Positions 39,577 through 49,365 are shown, counted from the stretch's first letter. The stretch is 64,000 bases of DNA from Acidimicrobiia bacterium (GCA_038202885.1 JBBREP010000004.1:15528-79527), one strand, 5' to 3'. Made by a program: numbers and translations. The notes: generated by a model not told the origin, from the sequence alone.

Positions 39577-41051
39577 GGCGTGATCTCCTTCGTGACGATC
39601 TCACTACCGATCGCGCCGCTTGCCCAGCCGCCGATCACTGCCGAGAACATACCGGCTTCGCCGCCCGCGTGAACGATGACGAGTCCACCGTCGCGGAACT
39701 TCGCCAAGGTCGACGTCGCGAAACCCTCCGGAAGTCCCTCGCTGATGCCGCCCGCGCCCCGAACGAGTTCAGCGCCCGGGCACTGCAGCAGCGTGGTCAG
39801 TTCCTCGCGCAGGCGCGCCTTCGACCAACCCGCGTCGCGAAAGACGCGGGCGTGCTCGGGTGATACCACCAGCATGGCGTCCCACACCATGACGTTCTTC
39901 GGGTGCCCGACCGTACGCAGGCATGCAGCAAACGTGCGCGAGAGTGACTCCGGTGTGCGGCTCAATTGGTCGACGACGCCTTGTACGCCCGAGGCGGCGA
40001 ACAACGTGATGGCGCTCTGGGCCGCCGACATCCCAGCTCGCTCCACGTGCAGCGGCTCCCACGGCGAGTCGTGCTCGCGCTCGGCGAAGCAGAACGTGTA
40101 CTTGCCCGGATTGCCGAGGGTGGCCCGGTCGATCTCGCCCGGACGACCGCCACCGACATTGCGGATCACAAGTTGCAGCGCTCGTCCGATCGTGGCGTTC
40201 GCACGGTTGCCCTGGCCGAGCGCGTTGACGCCGCTGTTCATTCCAATCGAGCGACTGATCGGCCCGTTCACAAGCACCAATGGGCCGGAAAACCACGTGG
40301 TGCACAGCAGTCCGTGCGCGTTGAATTCGTCGGTGCAGGCCGCCTCTACCGCGGCGAGCACCACGGGAAGATATTCGGGCGTGCAGCCGGCCATCACCGC
40401 GTTCACCGCGACCTTCTCGACGGTGCACTCCACGAGGTCGGGAGGTATCACCGCCACGATGTCCTGCGGATCTCGCGTGGTGCCGGCGAGCATCCGCGCA
40501 ACTCGTTGCGCCGTCGGCGGAACGACGGGGAGGCCGTCGGTGAAGCCGCGTGCAAACAGTGCCTCCATCTCGTCCTCGGACGAACCGAGATCGAGGTGAC
40601 GGCTCCGTAGTTGGCTCACCGTGCGTGCGATGGCGCGCTGCTCGACGATTTCGGGCTCGACGCTGCGTGAGCCGCAACCAGGGCGGAAGTCGGGGAGCCC
40701 GGCACCGATCCCGGCGAGGCCGGTCAGCTGTTCCCACTGCTCGCGTGACCAGCCGACGGTGCGCCTCGTTTCCCGGCCCGCGACGACACGCGCGAGTGTG
40801 GGCACGGTGTCGATGTCCAGCGCGAACGACACGTCGAGATCGCGATCGTCACGAACGACGATGGTGCCGAGGTTGTCGGGGAACGTCGGGTCGTCCTGGC
40901 TGAACACGGCGACGAGCACGCCTGCGTCCGCGAGTTCGCGCAGCACGGGCGCAACGAACTCACACGTCGGGCAATCGCGTTTCACGATGGCGATGACGCC
41001 GTCGGGGATCGAAGTGAGTGGCGTACTCGACCCGTCGACGTCGACCGTCAT
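39573..41051 (-). CDS. thioredoxin-like (CPTC) domain fused to a large uncharacterised domain
   Basis: N-terminal 'AIVKRDCPTCEFVAPVLRELADAGV' CxxC thioredoxin fold plus ~400 aa of unknown function. Start codon 2 nt after the serC stop; stop overlaps the UGSC start. Confidence 0.7.
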   Translation of the reverse strand: MTVDVDGSSTPLTSIPDGVIAIVKRDCPTCEFVAPVLRELADAGVLVAVFSQDDPTFPDNLGTIVVRDDRDLDVSFALDIDTVPTLARVVAGRETRRTVGWSREQWEQLTGLAGIGAGLPDFRPGCGSRSVEPEIVEQRAIARTVSQLRSRHLDLGSSEDEMEALFARGFTDGLPVVPPTAQRVARMLAGTTRDPQDIVAVIPPDLVECTVEKVAVNAVMAGCTPEYLPVVLAAVEAACTDEFNAHGLLCTTWFSGPLVLVNGPISRSIGMNSGVNALGQGNRANATIGRALQLVIRNVGGGRPGEIDRATLGNPGKYTFCFAEREHDSPWEPLHVERAGMSAAQSAITLFAASGVQGVVDQLSRTPESLSRTFAACLRTVGHPKNVMVWDAMLVVSPEHARVFRDAGWSKARLREELTTLLQCPGAELVRGAGGISEGLPEGFATSTLAKFRDGGLVIVHAGGEAGMFSAVIGGWASGAIGSEIVTKEITP

Positions 41052-41053
41052 GG

Positions 41054-42199
41054 TCAGCCCGCGAACCGTTCGATGACGTAGTCGATCGAGCGCGTGAGTT
41101 GGGCCACATCGTCGGGGTCGATCGCGGGGAACAGCGCGATGCGGAGTTGGTTGCGACCGAGTTTGCGGTACGGATCGACGTCGAGGATGCCGTTGGCGCG
41201 TAGGGCGGCCACCACCTGTTCGGCGTCGATGGCCGGATCGAAGTCGATCGTCGCGGTCACGTGACTGCGCGCGGCCTCGGCCACGAACGGCGTGGCGTAC
41301 TTGTGGGCCTCAGCCCACCCGTAGACGATCCCAGCCGATTCGTCGCAACGAGTCGCGCATGCCTCGAGGCCACCGATCGCCAGCATCCACTCGACCTGGT
41401 GGGCGAGCAGGAAGATCGTCGCGAGCGCCGGCGTGTTGTACGTCTGGTTGAGCCGAGACTGGGCGAGCGCGATCCCAAGGTCGAGCGATGCCGGTCGCCA
41501 CCGATCACTCGCTGCGAGTCGCTCGATGCGCGCGATGGCCGCGGGTGAACACAGCGTGATCCACAACCCGCCGTCGCCACCGAAGCATTTCTGGGGCGCG
41601 AAGTAGTACACGTCGGTGTCGGCCGCGTCGAACCGCAAACCGCCCGCGCCCGACGTGGCGTCGACCAGTACGAGTGCGGTGTCGGCTGTGGTGCCGACGG
41701 GTCGCCGGATCTCGCAGACTGCGCCGGTCGAGGTCTCGTTGTGGGGGTAGCAATACGCGTCGATGCCAGGCGTGGCGTGACACGGCGTGGGCACGAGCCC
41801 GGGCGCGGTGTCGATGACCTCGGGATCTTCGAGATGCGGCGCGGCGCGTGTGACGGCCGCGAACTTGGCCGAGAACTCGCCGATCGTCACGTGTTGGCTG
41901 CGGCGCTCGATGAGTCCGAAGCTCGCGGCATCCCAGAATGAGGTGGTGCCGCCATTGCCGAGCAGTACCTCGTAGCCGTCGGGCAGCGAGAAGAGATCGC
42001 GCATGCCGTCACGAACCCGCCCGACGACCGAACGCACGGTGGGCTTGCGGTGGCTCGTACCAAGGAAACCCGTGGACGCGTCGGCGAGTGCAAGCACAGC
42101 TTCGGGCCGCACCTTGGAAGGTCCGGAGCCGAAGCGGCCGTCACGCGGTCGGAGCGCGTCGGGAATGATGATCTCGGGGTTGTCCGCCGTGTCGGCCAC
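41054..42199 (-). CDS. serC: phosphoserine aminotransferase (actinobacterial short type)
   Basis: 381 aa class-V aminotransferase, 'FAPQKCFGGDGGLW' PLP-Lys region, architecture like mycobacterial SerC. Confidence 0.8.
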   Translation of the reverse strand: MADTADNPEIIIPDALRPRDGRFGSGPSKVRPEAVLALADASTGFLGTSHRKPTVRSVVGRVRDGMRDLFSLPDGYEVLLGNGGTTSFWDAASFGLIERRSQHVTIGEFSAKFAAVTRAAPHLEDPEVIDTAPGLVPTPCHATPGIDAYCYPHNETSTGAVCEIRRPVGTTADTALVLVDATSGAGGLRFDAADTDVYYFAPQKCFGGDGGLWITLCSPAAIARIERLAASDRWRPASLDLGIALAQSRLNQTYNTPALATIFLLAHQVEWMLAIGGLEACATRCDESAGIVYGWAEAHKYATPFVAEAARSHVTATIDFDPAIDAEQVVAALRANGILDVDPYRKLGRNQLRIALFPAIDPDDVAQLTRSIDYVIERFAG

Positions 42200-42208
42200 G
42201 CAACGAGG

Positions 42209-42871
42209 TTACGGGGATACCTCGACCCACGCGGAACCGGTTTCGTTCGTTGGCCCCGAATCGGCGGCGTCGATGGTCTCCAACGCCGTGACCTCGGCGT
42301 ACCAGCGCGGGTGTTCGTGGCGCGCCCATGCTCGCGGGACGCGCCCCGTGACCATGCCCCGCAGCGATGCCGGCCTCGACAGAGCGATCAGGATGTGGCC
42401 GAACGTGACGAGGAGCAGCGCGAACGCGAACCAGCGGTGTGTGAAGTCGGCACCGCTGCGCCAGTGCAACGCGAACACTGTGGGGAAGCGCAGAAACGTG
42501 CCCGTCACGGGCATCACGATGATGCACGCCCCGATGAACGCGGCGTTCAGCTTCTGGCCGGGGTTGAATTTGCCGATGCGCGCCTGGGGTTTCGTCGACC
42601 GACGCCACCAGCGCCGATCGTCGGCCGTCCAGCGCGAGAAGCGATGCAGGTCGCTGCGGAGTTGCTTGCCGGCGTGCGTGGCGATGCCCAACAAGATCGG
42701 AATCGGCATCGCGTAACCGACCCACGTGTGGATTTCTTTGATGCTGAGGCGATTCCCGACCCATCCGGTGCCGGGCGCGCCGTACAGGGTGAAGCCGGTG
42801 CCGAGCAGTACGAGGAAGAGCAACCCGTTCGTCCAGTGCACCGCGCGTTCGACACGATCGAATCGCGCCAT
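42209..42871 (-). CDS. cytochrome b561/b-type di-heme membrane protein (MsrQ/YedZ-like partner)
   Basis: 'RFDRVERAVHWTNGLLFLVLLGTGF' with conserved His in TM helices. Start trimmed to 'MARFDRV'. Confidence 0.65.
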   Translation of the reverse strand: MARFDRVERAVHWTNGLLFLVLLGTGFTLYGAPGTGWVGNRLSIKEIHTWVGYAMPIPILLGIATHAGKQLRSDLHRFSRWTADDRRWWRRSTKPQARIGKFNPGQKLNAAFIGACIIVMPVTGTFLRFPTVFALHWRSGADFTHRWFAFALLLVTFGHILIALSRPASLRGMVTGRVPRAWARHEHPRWYAEVTALETIDAADSGPTNETGSAWVEVSP

Positions 42872-42947
42872 GCGCCCACCGGCCGCGTCTGCTGGCGTGC
42901 GTGACGGCGTGGTGCGCGTCGTCGCTGCGCTCACCGTCGTCGTGCGC

Positions 42948-43754
42948 TCAGCTCGTGGGGTCATCGCCGCGGCCGTTGCTCTGGCCGACCCACGCGTCGA
43001 CGTCGTAGCCGTAGTCCTCCCAGTAGCCAGGGCGAACTCGGTCGACGACCTCGATCGTGTCGAGCCACTTGATCGACTTGTAGCCGTACATCGGCGCGGC
43101 GTACAAGCGCACCGGGCCGCCGTGCTCGGTCGAGATCGGGTGGTCTTCGAGCTTGTAGGCCACCATCACATCGGGGCGGCGCGCCTGTTCGAGAGTCAGG
43201 CTTTCGGTGTAGGTGCCGTCGAAGCTCGTGAAATGGAGCGCCTTGGCCGACGGTTGTACGCCGACCTCGTCGAGCAGATCCGACAGCAGCACGCCGGTCC
43301 ACGGCACCTTTGGCACGCGCCAACCGGTGACGCATTGAAAGTCTTTGATGATGCGCGTCGCGCGGCGGCTGACCAGGTCGCTGTATCTGAGTTCGAGCGG
43401 CTTGTCGACCAGGCCATGGACGCGCAACGTGTACTCGGCCTCGGTGCGCTTCGGGTAGCCGTCGGTGACCGTGAAGATCGTCCAGCGGCCGTGCGGCACG
43501 AAACCGCCGACGAGTCCGGTCGGGTCGGCCTGCGCGATCTTGCTGACCACGGGATCGAGCCAGTCGGACACCTGCTTGCCGACGGCGATGCCGAGTATGC
43601 CGAGCGCACTGAGCGAAAGAAACACGCGGCGCCCGATCGGGTTCGAGGGTTGCAGCAGTTCCGACTCGGCCACCGCGCGCGCGAGGTCGGTTCGTTCGGG
43701 GCTGGATTGGCCCTCGGGGCCGGTCGCGCTGGGATCGCGTGGGGGAGTGGGCAT
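42948..43754 (-). CDS. molybdopterin-dependent oxidoreductase, sulfite-oxidase family (MsrP/YedY-like), Tat-secreted
   Basis: Twin-arginine 'GRRVFLSLSALGILG'. Molybdenum-cofactor domain 'QCVTGWRVPKVPWTGV', 'YGYKSIKWL'. Confidence 0.8.
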   Translation of the reverse strand: MPTPPRDPSATGPEGQSSPERTDLARAVAESELLQPSNPIGRRVFLSLSALGILGIAVGKQVSDWLDPVVSKIAQADPTGLVGGFVPHGRWTIFTVTDGYPKRTEAEYTLRVHGLVDKPLELRYSDLVSRRATRIIKDFQCVTGWRVPKVPWTGVLLSDLLDEVGVQPSAKALHFTSFDGTYTESLTLEQARRPDVMVAYKLEDHPISTEHGGPVRLYAAPMYGYKSIKWLDTIEVVDRVRPGYWEDYGYDVDAWVGQSNGRGDDPTS

Positions 43755-43834
43755 GGCCTATTCGGTCTACGGAGCGGATCGGGGTTGCAGACGTCGCATC
43801 GCGCCAACGAGCGCCGGGCGCGGCCGAAGGCGCG

Positions 43835-45301
43835 TCACCGGGCACCCACCGCGAGCACGTCGTCGATGCCGCCCCGCAGGTCGCTGAGCATGGCCTCGCC
43901 GTCGGGAATGGCAGCGGTGTCGCTGACCACGCCGACGCAGCAGGTGTCGACGTGCGACAGCAGCGTCACGTTCACGGCCGCGCCCGACGGTGGCCCGAAC
44001 GCGTAGAGCCGCTCGACTTTGGCGCCGCCGAGATACACCGGCACCGGGGCTCCAGGAACGTTCGAGGTCACGAAATCGACGCACTTCAACATGCCGCCGA
44101 ACAGGGCTGTTGTGGTCGATGTGGGTAGGCGGTTGAGCACGCCGGCCAACGTACCGGTAAGGCCGAGCGCGGGCTCGTGGCGCCACTCGCGCACGAGTGC
44201 ACCGACAGCCTGCATCCGTTCGATTGGGTCGGTGATGCTCGCTGGTACCGCGAAACGCGCTGGTGCAAAGTGATTCCCGCCCGCGGTGCTGCCTTCGTTG
44301 CGGAGGTTGATGGGCATCGTCATGCGCAGCTCGTCGACGGGGGAGCCGTGGCGCTCGTGATAGCTGGAGAGGCCGCCAATCACGCCAGCGACAAACGCGT
44401 CGTTCAAGCTGCGCTGGGCCTTCTTTGCGGCGCGTTTCAAGTCGTCGAGGGAGATGTCGAACGCGTCGAGGCGACGGCCCATCCCGCGCCGGGTCATCAA
44501 CGGCGACATTGGTGCGCTCGCGGGCGCGATGGCGCGGCCGATCGAGCGTGCGGTGTCGACCGCGCGCACTGCACTGCCGAAGGGGTCGCGTGCCGCGCTC
44601 GTGATCGTGTCGAGTGCGCCCGTGGGTACTCGACGGCCGATCCCCATCCAGCGCCGCGTGGTGTGCGCCACCGAGTCGAGTACGAGGTCGCCGCTTCCCA
44701 TCGGTTCGGCGTGTGGCGCGGCGACGAAATCACGCGCCTTGGCGACGCCCGGCGCCAGGTCGACGAGCTGCGCGAGCAGCTCGACGCCGCCCACGCCGTC
44801 AGTGACGGAGTGGTGCACCTTCATGATCATCGCGGCGCGCCCGTCGGCGAGGCCATCGAGCACGATCGTTTCCCACAGTGGGCGGGCCCGGTCGAAGCTC
44901 GATTGTGCGAGCGGACCCAGGAAGTCGAGGAGTTGTCTATCGTTACCGGGTGGCGGCAGCACCATGTGGCGCAGGTGATAGTCGATGTCGAAGTTCGATT
45001 CGACGGCCCAGCGCGGTGGACCGATGCGCATCGGGGGCGTGAGCACGCGCTGGCGCAGCCGCGGAATCGTGACGCTCGCGTGTTCGTACCGGCGACGCAG
45101 CCGCGCGAAGTCGGGCGCGTGATCAAGGATGGCGACCGCGAGGATCGTGGAGCGCAGGATCGGGTCCTTTTCGATGTTCCACATCAGCGCGTCGGCATCG
45201 CTCATGTGTCGATCGAATTGGGCCCCGCTGCCAATGTCAGGCATCGCCGGACCCGATGATTCCTGCGCGGGTTCGCGCTGGGGAGGTGCGACGTCGCTCA
45301 C
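43835..45301 (-). CDS. wax ester synthase / diacylglycerol acyltransferase (WS/DGAT)
   Basis: Catalytic 'HHSVTDGVGG' (HHxxxDG), ~480 aa. Confidence 0.8.
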   Translation of the reverse strand: MSDVAPPQREPAQESSGPAMPDIGSGAQFDRHMSDADALMWNIEKDPILRSTILAVAILDHAPDFARLRRRYEHASVTIPRLRQRVLTPPMRIGPPRWAVESNFDIDYHLRHMVLPPPGNDRQLLDFLGPLAQSSFDRARPLWETIVLDGLADGRAAMIMKVHHSVTDGVGGVELLAQLVDLAPGVAKARDFVAAPHAEPMGSGDLVLDSVAHTTRRWMGIGRRVPTGALDTITSAARDPFGSAVRAVDTARSIGRAIAPASAPMSPLMTRRGMGRRLDAFDISLDDLKRAAKKAQRSLNDAFVAGVIGGLSSYHERHGSPVDELRMTMPINLRNEGSTAGGNHFAPARFAVPASITDPIERMQAVGALVREWRHEPALGLTGTLAGVLNRLPTSTTTALFGGMLKCVDFVTSNVPGAPVPVYLGGAKVERLYAFGPPSGAAVNVTLLSHVDTCCVGVVSDTAAIPDGEAMLSDLRGGIDDVLAVGAR

Positions 45302-45359
45302 ACTGCCACGCTACCCACGGTCGCAAGCCCGCAGTCCGCGAGCGCGAGGTCGTGGAGCG

Positions 45360-45466
45360 GGCGAGCGGGGGTGCAGCGAAGGAGCCCTTGGGGGCGCGAG
45401 CCGAAGGCGAGCGGGGGTGCAGCGAAGGAGCCCTTGGGGGCGCGAGCCGAGGGCGAGCGGGGGTGG
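45360..45466. repeat. GC-rich 46-nt tandem repeat (2.3 copies) in a divergent promoter region
   Basis: Unit ggcgagcgggggtgcagcgaaggagcccttgggggcgcgagccgaa, in two full copies plus 15 nt. A related copy lies at 48541..48590 (reverse). Confidence 0.8.
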
Positions 45467-45489
45467 ACAGGCAGTTAGCGTGCCGGGCC

Positions 45490-46371
45490 ATGCGAGAGCG
45501 CTACGTGGTTGCCAATGGGATGCGCCTCTACTGCCTTGAAGCGGGCGATCCCAGTGATCCGTTGGTGTTGCTGTGCCACGGCTTCCCTGAACTGGCGCTG
45601 TCGTGGCGACACCAAATCGACACGCTCGCGGCACTCGGCTATCACGTCGTCGCGCCCGATATGCCGGGTTACGGACGCTCCGACAAGCCCGATGTGGCCT
45701 ACGACGTCGTGTTCCTGAACGGCACGCTTGCCGCGCTCGTCCGGGCGCTCGGCCACCACCGGTGTGTGATCGCGGGCCACGACTGGGGTGGGATCCTCGT
45801 GTGGCATTTCGCGCGGATGTTTCCCGACATCACTGCGGGTGTGGTCGGAGTGAACACCCCGGACCTGCCACGGCCGCCGATTCCGCCCGTCGAGTTGCTG
45901 CGGTCGATCTTCGTCGACACCCCGATCTACATCATTCAGTTCCAAGAACCCGGCCTGGCCGAGTGGGTGTTGTCGTGGGGGCGTGGCGCGGATGACTTCA
46001 TCGAGATGATCTTCCTCAACGAGATGTTGCGAAATCGCGAGGCGTTCCCACCCGAAATACTCGAGCAGTACAAGCAGGCCTTTCGACCCGCTGGCGCGTT
46101 GACACCGCCGATCGAGTACTACCGCAACATGGATCGCAACTGGGAGCTGTCGGCGGCGTGGGCCGATCGCACGATCGACGTGCCGTGCCTCATGATCTCG
46201 GCGGCCGACGACCCGGTGCTCACCCCCGCGATGACGATCGGTATGGAGGAACGGGTACCGACGCTCATGCGGGTGGTGATCGACGATTGTGGTCACTGGA
46301 CGCAACAGGAACGTCCCGAACAGACAAACGCAGCGTTCGCCCAGTATCTCGCCACGCTCGAGCGTTGGTGA
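45490..46371 (+). CDS. alpha/beta hydrolase (epoxide-hydrolase/haloalkane-dehalogenase-like)
   Basis: 'LLCHGFPELALSWRHQ', nucleophile elbow 'GHDWGG', 'DMPGYGRSD'. ATG at 45490. The upstream in-frame extension consists of repeat sequence. Confidence 0.85.
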   Translation: MRERYVVANGMRLYCLEAGDPSDPLVLLCHGFPELALSWRHQIDTLAALGYHVVAPDMPGYGRSDKPDVAYDVVFLNGTLAALVRALGHHRCVIAGHDWGGILVWHFARMFPDITAGVVGVNTPDLPRPPIPPVELLRSIFVDTPIYIIQFQEPGLAEWVLSWGRGADDFIEMIFLNEMLRNREAFPPEILEQYKQAFRPAGALTPPIEYYRNMDRNWELSAAWADRTIDVPCLMISAADDPVLTPAMTIGMEERVPTLMRVVIDDCGHWTQQERPEQTNAAFAQYLATLERW

Positions 46372-46405
46372 GCACCCACCGAAGCGAGCGTTACGCTTCG
46401 GCGTG

Positions 46406-46753
46406 ATGGACAAGCTCAAGGCCGTGTGCGGGTGCGGCGTGCATCATTCGACGCCGGCGTGGATGTGGCTGCTCGTGGTCGGCGCGGCCATTGCCGCGAT
46501 GGCAGTGTCGCCACTGCTGCGCCGGTCCGTCCGCCGGCACGGGTTTGGGGCTCGCGGCGAACGCAGCGCCGCGCAGCGCGCCAACATCGTCGTGTGCGGG
46601 GCGACCTTCGTGGTGTGTGCAGCAATCGGTTGGCGACTCGTGCTCGTGGCCGCGGTGTTCGTCGCGGCGATCATCGGTCGTGCCGTAACACTTGGCGCAC
46701 GCGAACACGCCGAGGATCGCGCTCAGGCGCCGAAGCGGGTGCCCAGCGCGTAG
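46406..46753 (+). CDS. small membrane protein (hypothetical)
   Basis: 115 aa with two TM helices. Follows a hairpin at 46379..46401. Low support. Confidence 0.35.
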   Translation: MDKLKAVCGCGVHHSTPAWMWLLVVGAAIAAMAVSPLLRRSVRRHGFGARGERSAAQRANIVVCGATFVVCAAIGWRLVLVAAVFVAAIIGRAVTLGAREHAEDRAQAPKRVPSA

Positions 46754-47778
46754 CAATCGAGCGCCGTTTCTCCCATGACGGCGTCGAGCGCCGTCGCGTC
46801 GAGCGAGGGGTTCTCGTGCAGGAACTCTTCGACGGCGTCGGGAAACGCCGCGTCGGGATGCGGAAAGTCGCTCGCCCACAGCACGTGGTCTGCGCCAACC
46901 GTCTCCACCGTGCGCCCCACGAGGTGGTCTTCGGGATCACACGAGATCACACATTGACGCGCGAAGTACTCCGACGCCGACAGCGACAAGTGCTTCGTAT
47001 CGGAGTCGCGCATCCACGCGATGTGATCATCGAGACGCGCCAGCCAGTAGGGGAGCCACCCGGTGCCGGACTCGAGGAATGCCACCCGCATCGCGGGATG
47101 ACGCTCGAGCGCGCCGTCGAGCACCAGACTCGTCATTGCGGCCATCTGCTCCATCGGATGCGAGCACAAGTGGCGGGCGGTGAAGCCAGAGAAACGATCG
47201 GCACCGATGGTGGGGCCACCCTGTACGCCGAGGCCCTCATGCACCGCGAGCACCAGACCCGTGGCTTCGAGTTCGTCATACAGCGGATCGAAGAACGGGT
47301 CGCCGAGGTTGCGGCCGTACATGAAGTTCGGCCGGACCATCATGGCGACGAGCCCGAGCCCATGGACGCGTGACGCCTCTCGCGCTGCGGCCAGCGGATC
47401 GAGCGTGCACGCGATACCCGCGCCGGCGAGTCGGTCCGGCGCGTGCGCGCAGTACTGCGCGATCCAGTCGTTGTAACCGCGGCAGGCTGCGACCTGGTCG
47501 TCGGCGGTCAGGTCGGCCTGGAACGGCACGAACAGTCCGACCGATGGGTACAGCACGGCGGCGTCGATACCCTGCGCGTTCATCGCGTGGAGATACGACG
47601 GCGCATTCCAACCCTGGTCCCACTGTTCTGTGAGATCGGCGCCACCGCACGCTTCGAACGGCGTGTTGGGCGAGATCGTGATCGGGTTGTGATCGGCGCG
47701 GTGTGCCGCGCCGAAGATGCCGCCCGGTTCGATCACGTGACCGTCACCGTCGACGACGAGACGGGGGCGTCGCGTCAC
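46723..47778 (-). CDS. amidohydrolase-2 family hydrolase
   Basis: 'MRVAFLESGTGWLPYWLARLD', 'HVLWASDFPHPD' C-terminal motif. A GTG start at 47778 overlaps the upstream SDR stop. Confidence 0.75.
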   Translation of the reverse strand: MTRRPRLVVDGDGHVIEPGGIFGAAHRADHNPITISPNTPFEACGGADLTEQWDQGWNAPSYLHAMNAQGIDAAVLYPSVGLFVPFQADLTADDQVAACRGYNDWIAQYCAHAPDRLAGAGIACTLDPLAAAREASRVHGLGLVAMMVRPNFMYGRNLGDPFFDPLYDELEATGLVLAVHEGLGVQGGPTIGADRFSGFTARHLCSHPMEQMAAMTSLVLDGALERHPAMRVAFLESGTGWLPYWLARLDDHIAWMRDSDTKHLSLSASEYFARQCVISCDPEDHLVGRTVETVGADHVLWASDFPHPDAAFPDAVEEFLHENPSLDATALDAVMGETALDCYALGTRFGA

Positions 47779-48539
47779 GGCCGGCGTGCGGCGAGACCGC
47801 CGTCGAGCGGAATCACCGCGCCTGAGATGTAGGCCGCGCTTGGCGAACACAGGAATGCGATCGTGTCGGCCACCTCCGACGCAGTCCCGAGCCTGCGCAT
47901 CGGCGAGTTGCTCGTCACCATGTCGATGATGCGCTGCGGATCTCCGGTGCTCTTTGCCATCTGCATGAACAGCCCGGCGTCGGTCGCCGACGGTGACACC
48001 ACGTTCACCCGCACACCCTCGGCGGCGTGCTCGATCGCGGCTTGTTTTGCGAGGTTGTTGAGCGCGCCCTTCGATGCGCAGTACGCGGCGTACCCGGGTG
48101 ACCCAATCGCACCCAACACCGATCCGAGCAGCACGACCGCACCTCCGCCGCTCGTCGCGATGTGCGGTATCGCGTGCTTCATGCAGAGGAACGGACCTTT
48201 GAGGTTCACATCGAGCACGCGTTGCCAATCGTCATCACTGCAGTCGACAGCCGCGGCGCGCACTTCGATGGCCGCACTGCACACGAGGATGTCGATGCGT
48301 CCGTGACGCTCGACGACGGCGTCGACCATCGCGGCGACCTCGCCCTCGTCGGTGACATCGACCGTCTCGGCCTCCACGGGAAGGCCGGACGCGCGCAGGT
48401 TGTCGGCGACCTGTTGCCCGCCGCGCTCATTGATGTCGGCAACGATCACGATGGCTTTGTCGGCTGCGAGCCGGCGCACGGTCGCCTCACCGAGGCCGGC
48501 GGCACCGCCCGTGACGATGGCAACGCTCTGTATGTTCAC
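47775..48539 (-). CDS. SDR-family oxidoreductase
   Basis: 'VAIVTGGAAGLGEA' motif. The GTG start at 48539 is preceded by GGGGGTGGAG, which is part of the GC-rich repeat. Confidence 0.8.
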   Translation of the reverse strand: MNIQSVAIVTGGAAGLGEATVRRLAADKAIVIVADINERGGQQVADNLRASGLPVEAETVDVTDEGEVAAMVDAVVERHGRIDILVCSAAIEVRAAAVDCSDDDWQRVLDVNLKGPFLCMKHAIPHIATSGGGAVVLLGSVLGAIGSPGYAAYCASKGALNNLAKQAAIEHAAEGVRVNVVSPSATDAGLFMQMAKSTGDPQRIIDMVTSNSPMRRLGTASEVADTIAFLCSPSAAYISGAVIPLDGGLAARRP

Positions 48540-48540
48540 T

Positions 48541-48590
48541 CTCCACCCCCGCTCGCCGTCGGCTCGCGCCCCCAGGGGCTCTCGGGCACC
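48541..48590 (-). repeat. single copy of the GC-rich 46-nt motif in the SDR-SDR intercistronic spacer
   Basis: The reverse complement reads ggtgcccgagagcccctgggggcgcgagccgacggcgagcgggggtggag, about 85% identical to the 45360 unit. Confidence 0.7.
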
Positions 48591-48591
48591 G

Positions 48592-49365
48592 TCATCGCAG
48601 CGCCGCCAGGCCGCCGTCGACGGGGATGATCGCGCCGCTCGTGTACGCCGAGCGATCGCTTGCGAGGAACAGTGCAGTCGCTGCGATGTCGTCGGTGGTG
48701 CCGAGTCGGCGCAGCGGCATGTTCGCCGTGAGCATGCGCAGGAATCCGTCGGCGTCGGCCGTCTCGTCGAGCACCTTGCGAAAGCGCGGCGTGTCGATCG
48801 AACCCGGCGCGATGACGTTTGCCCGCACGACGGGCCCGTACTCGGTGGCAAGCTGTTTCGTGAGCGCCACGAGTCCGGCCTTGGCCGCGCCGTACGCGGC
48901 GTACCCATCGCTGCCGATCAGACCGAGCGTGGACGCGGTGTTGATGATCGACCCCGCGCCGCTCTCGAGCATCGCAGGGATCGCAGCGCGGCACGCCCAG
49001 AAGATGGCCGAAAGGTTCGTGGCGATCGTGAGATCCCATTGCGCTTCGCTGCACTCGACGAGTCGCCCCGACATCTGCACCGCAGCGTTGTTGTAGAGAA
49101 CATCGAGCCGTCCGAAACGATCCAACACGGCGCGCACCATCTCGTCACAATCGGCGCGGAGCGACACGTCGGCGTGCACTGCGAAGGCCTCACCGCCGAT
49201 CGCTTCGACCTCGGCGATCGTGGTGCGAGCACCGGTGTCATCGATGTCGATCACTCCGATGCGAGCACCATGGCGCGCGAACAACAGCGCGGCGGCGCGG
49301 CCCTGACCTGAGCCGGAGCCCGTGATCAGCGCGACCTTGCCATCGAGCCACCGTTCCTCGGGCAC
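48592..49365 (-). CDS. SDR-family oxidoreductase
   Basis: 'GKVALITGSGSGQGRA', 257 aa. Confidence 0.85.
   Translation of the reverse strand: MPEERWLDGKVALITGSGSGQGRAAALLFARHGARIGVIDIDDTGARTTIAEVEAIGGEAFAVHADVSLRADCDEMVRAVLDRFGRLDVLYNNAAVQMSGRLVECSEAQWDLTIATNLSAIFWACRAAIPAMLESGAGSIINTASTLGLIGSDGYAAYGAAKAGLVALTKQLATEYGPVVRANVIAPGSIDTPRFRKVLDETADADGFLRMLTANMPLRRLGTTDDIAATALFLASDRSAYTSGAIIPVDGGLAALR

Noticed and set aside
45256-45489. Long N-terminal extension of the alpha/beta-hydrolase ORF as given in the track (start 45256)
   Set aside because: The extension is a translation of the GC-rich tandem repeat (…GARAEGERGCSEGALGGAS… twice). Hydrolases of this family begin near 'MRERYVVANGMRLY', and an ATG at 45490 fits.
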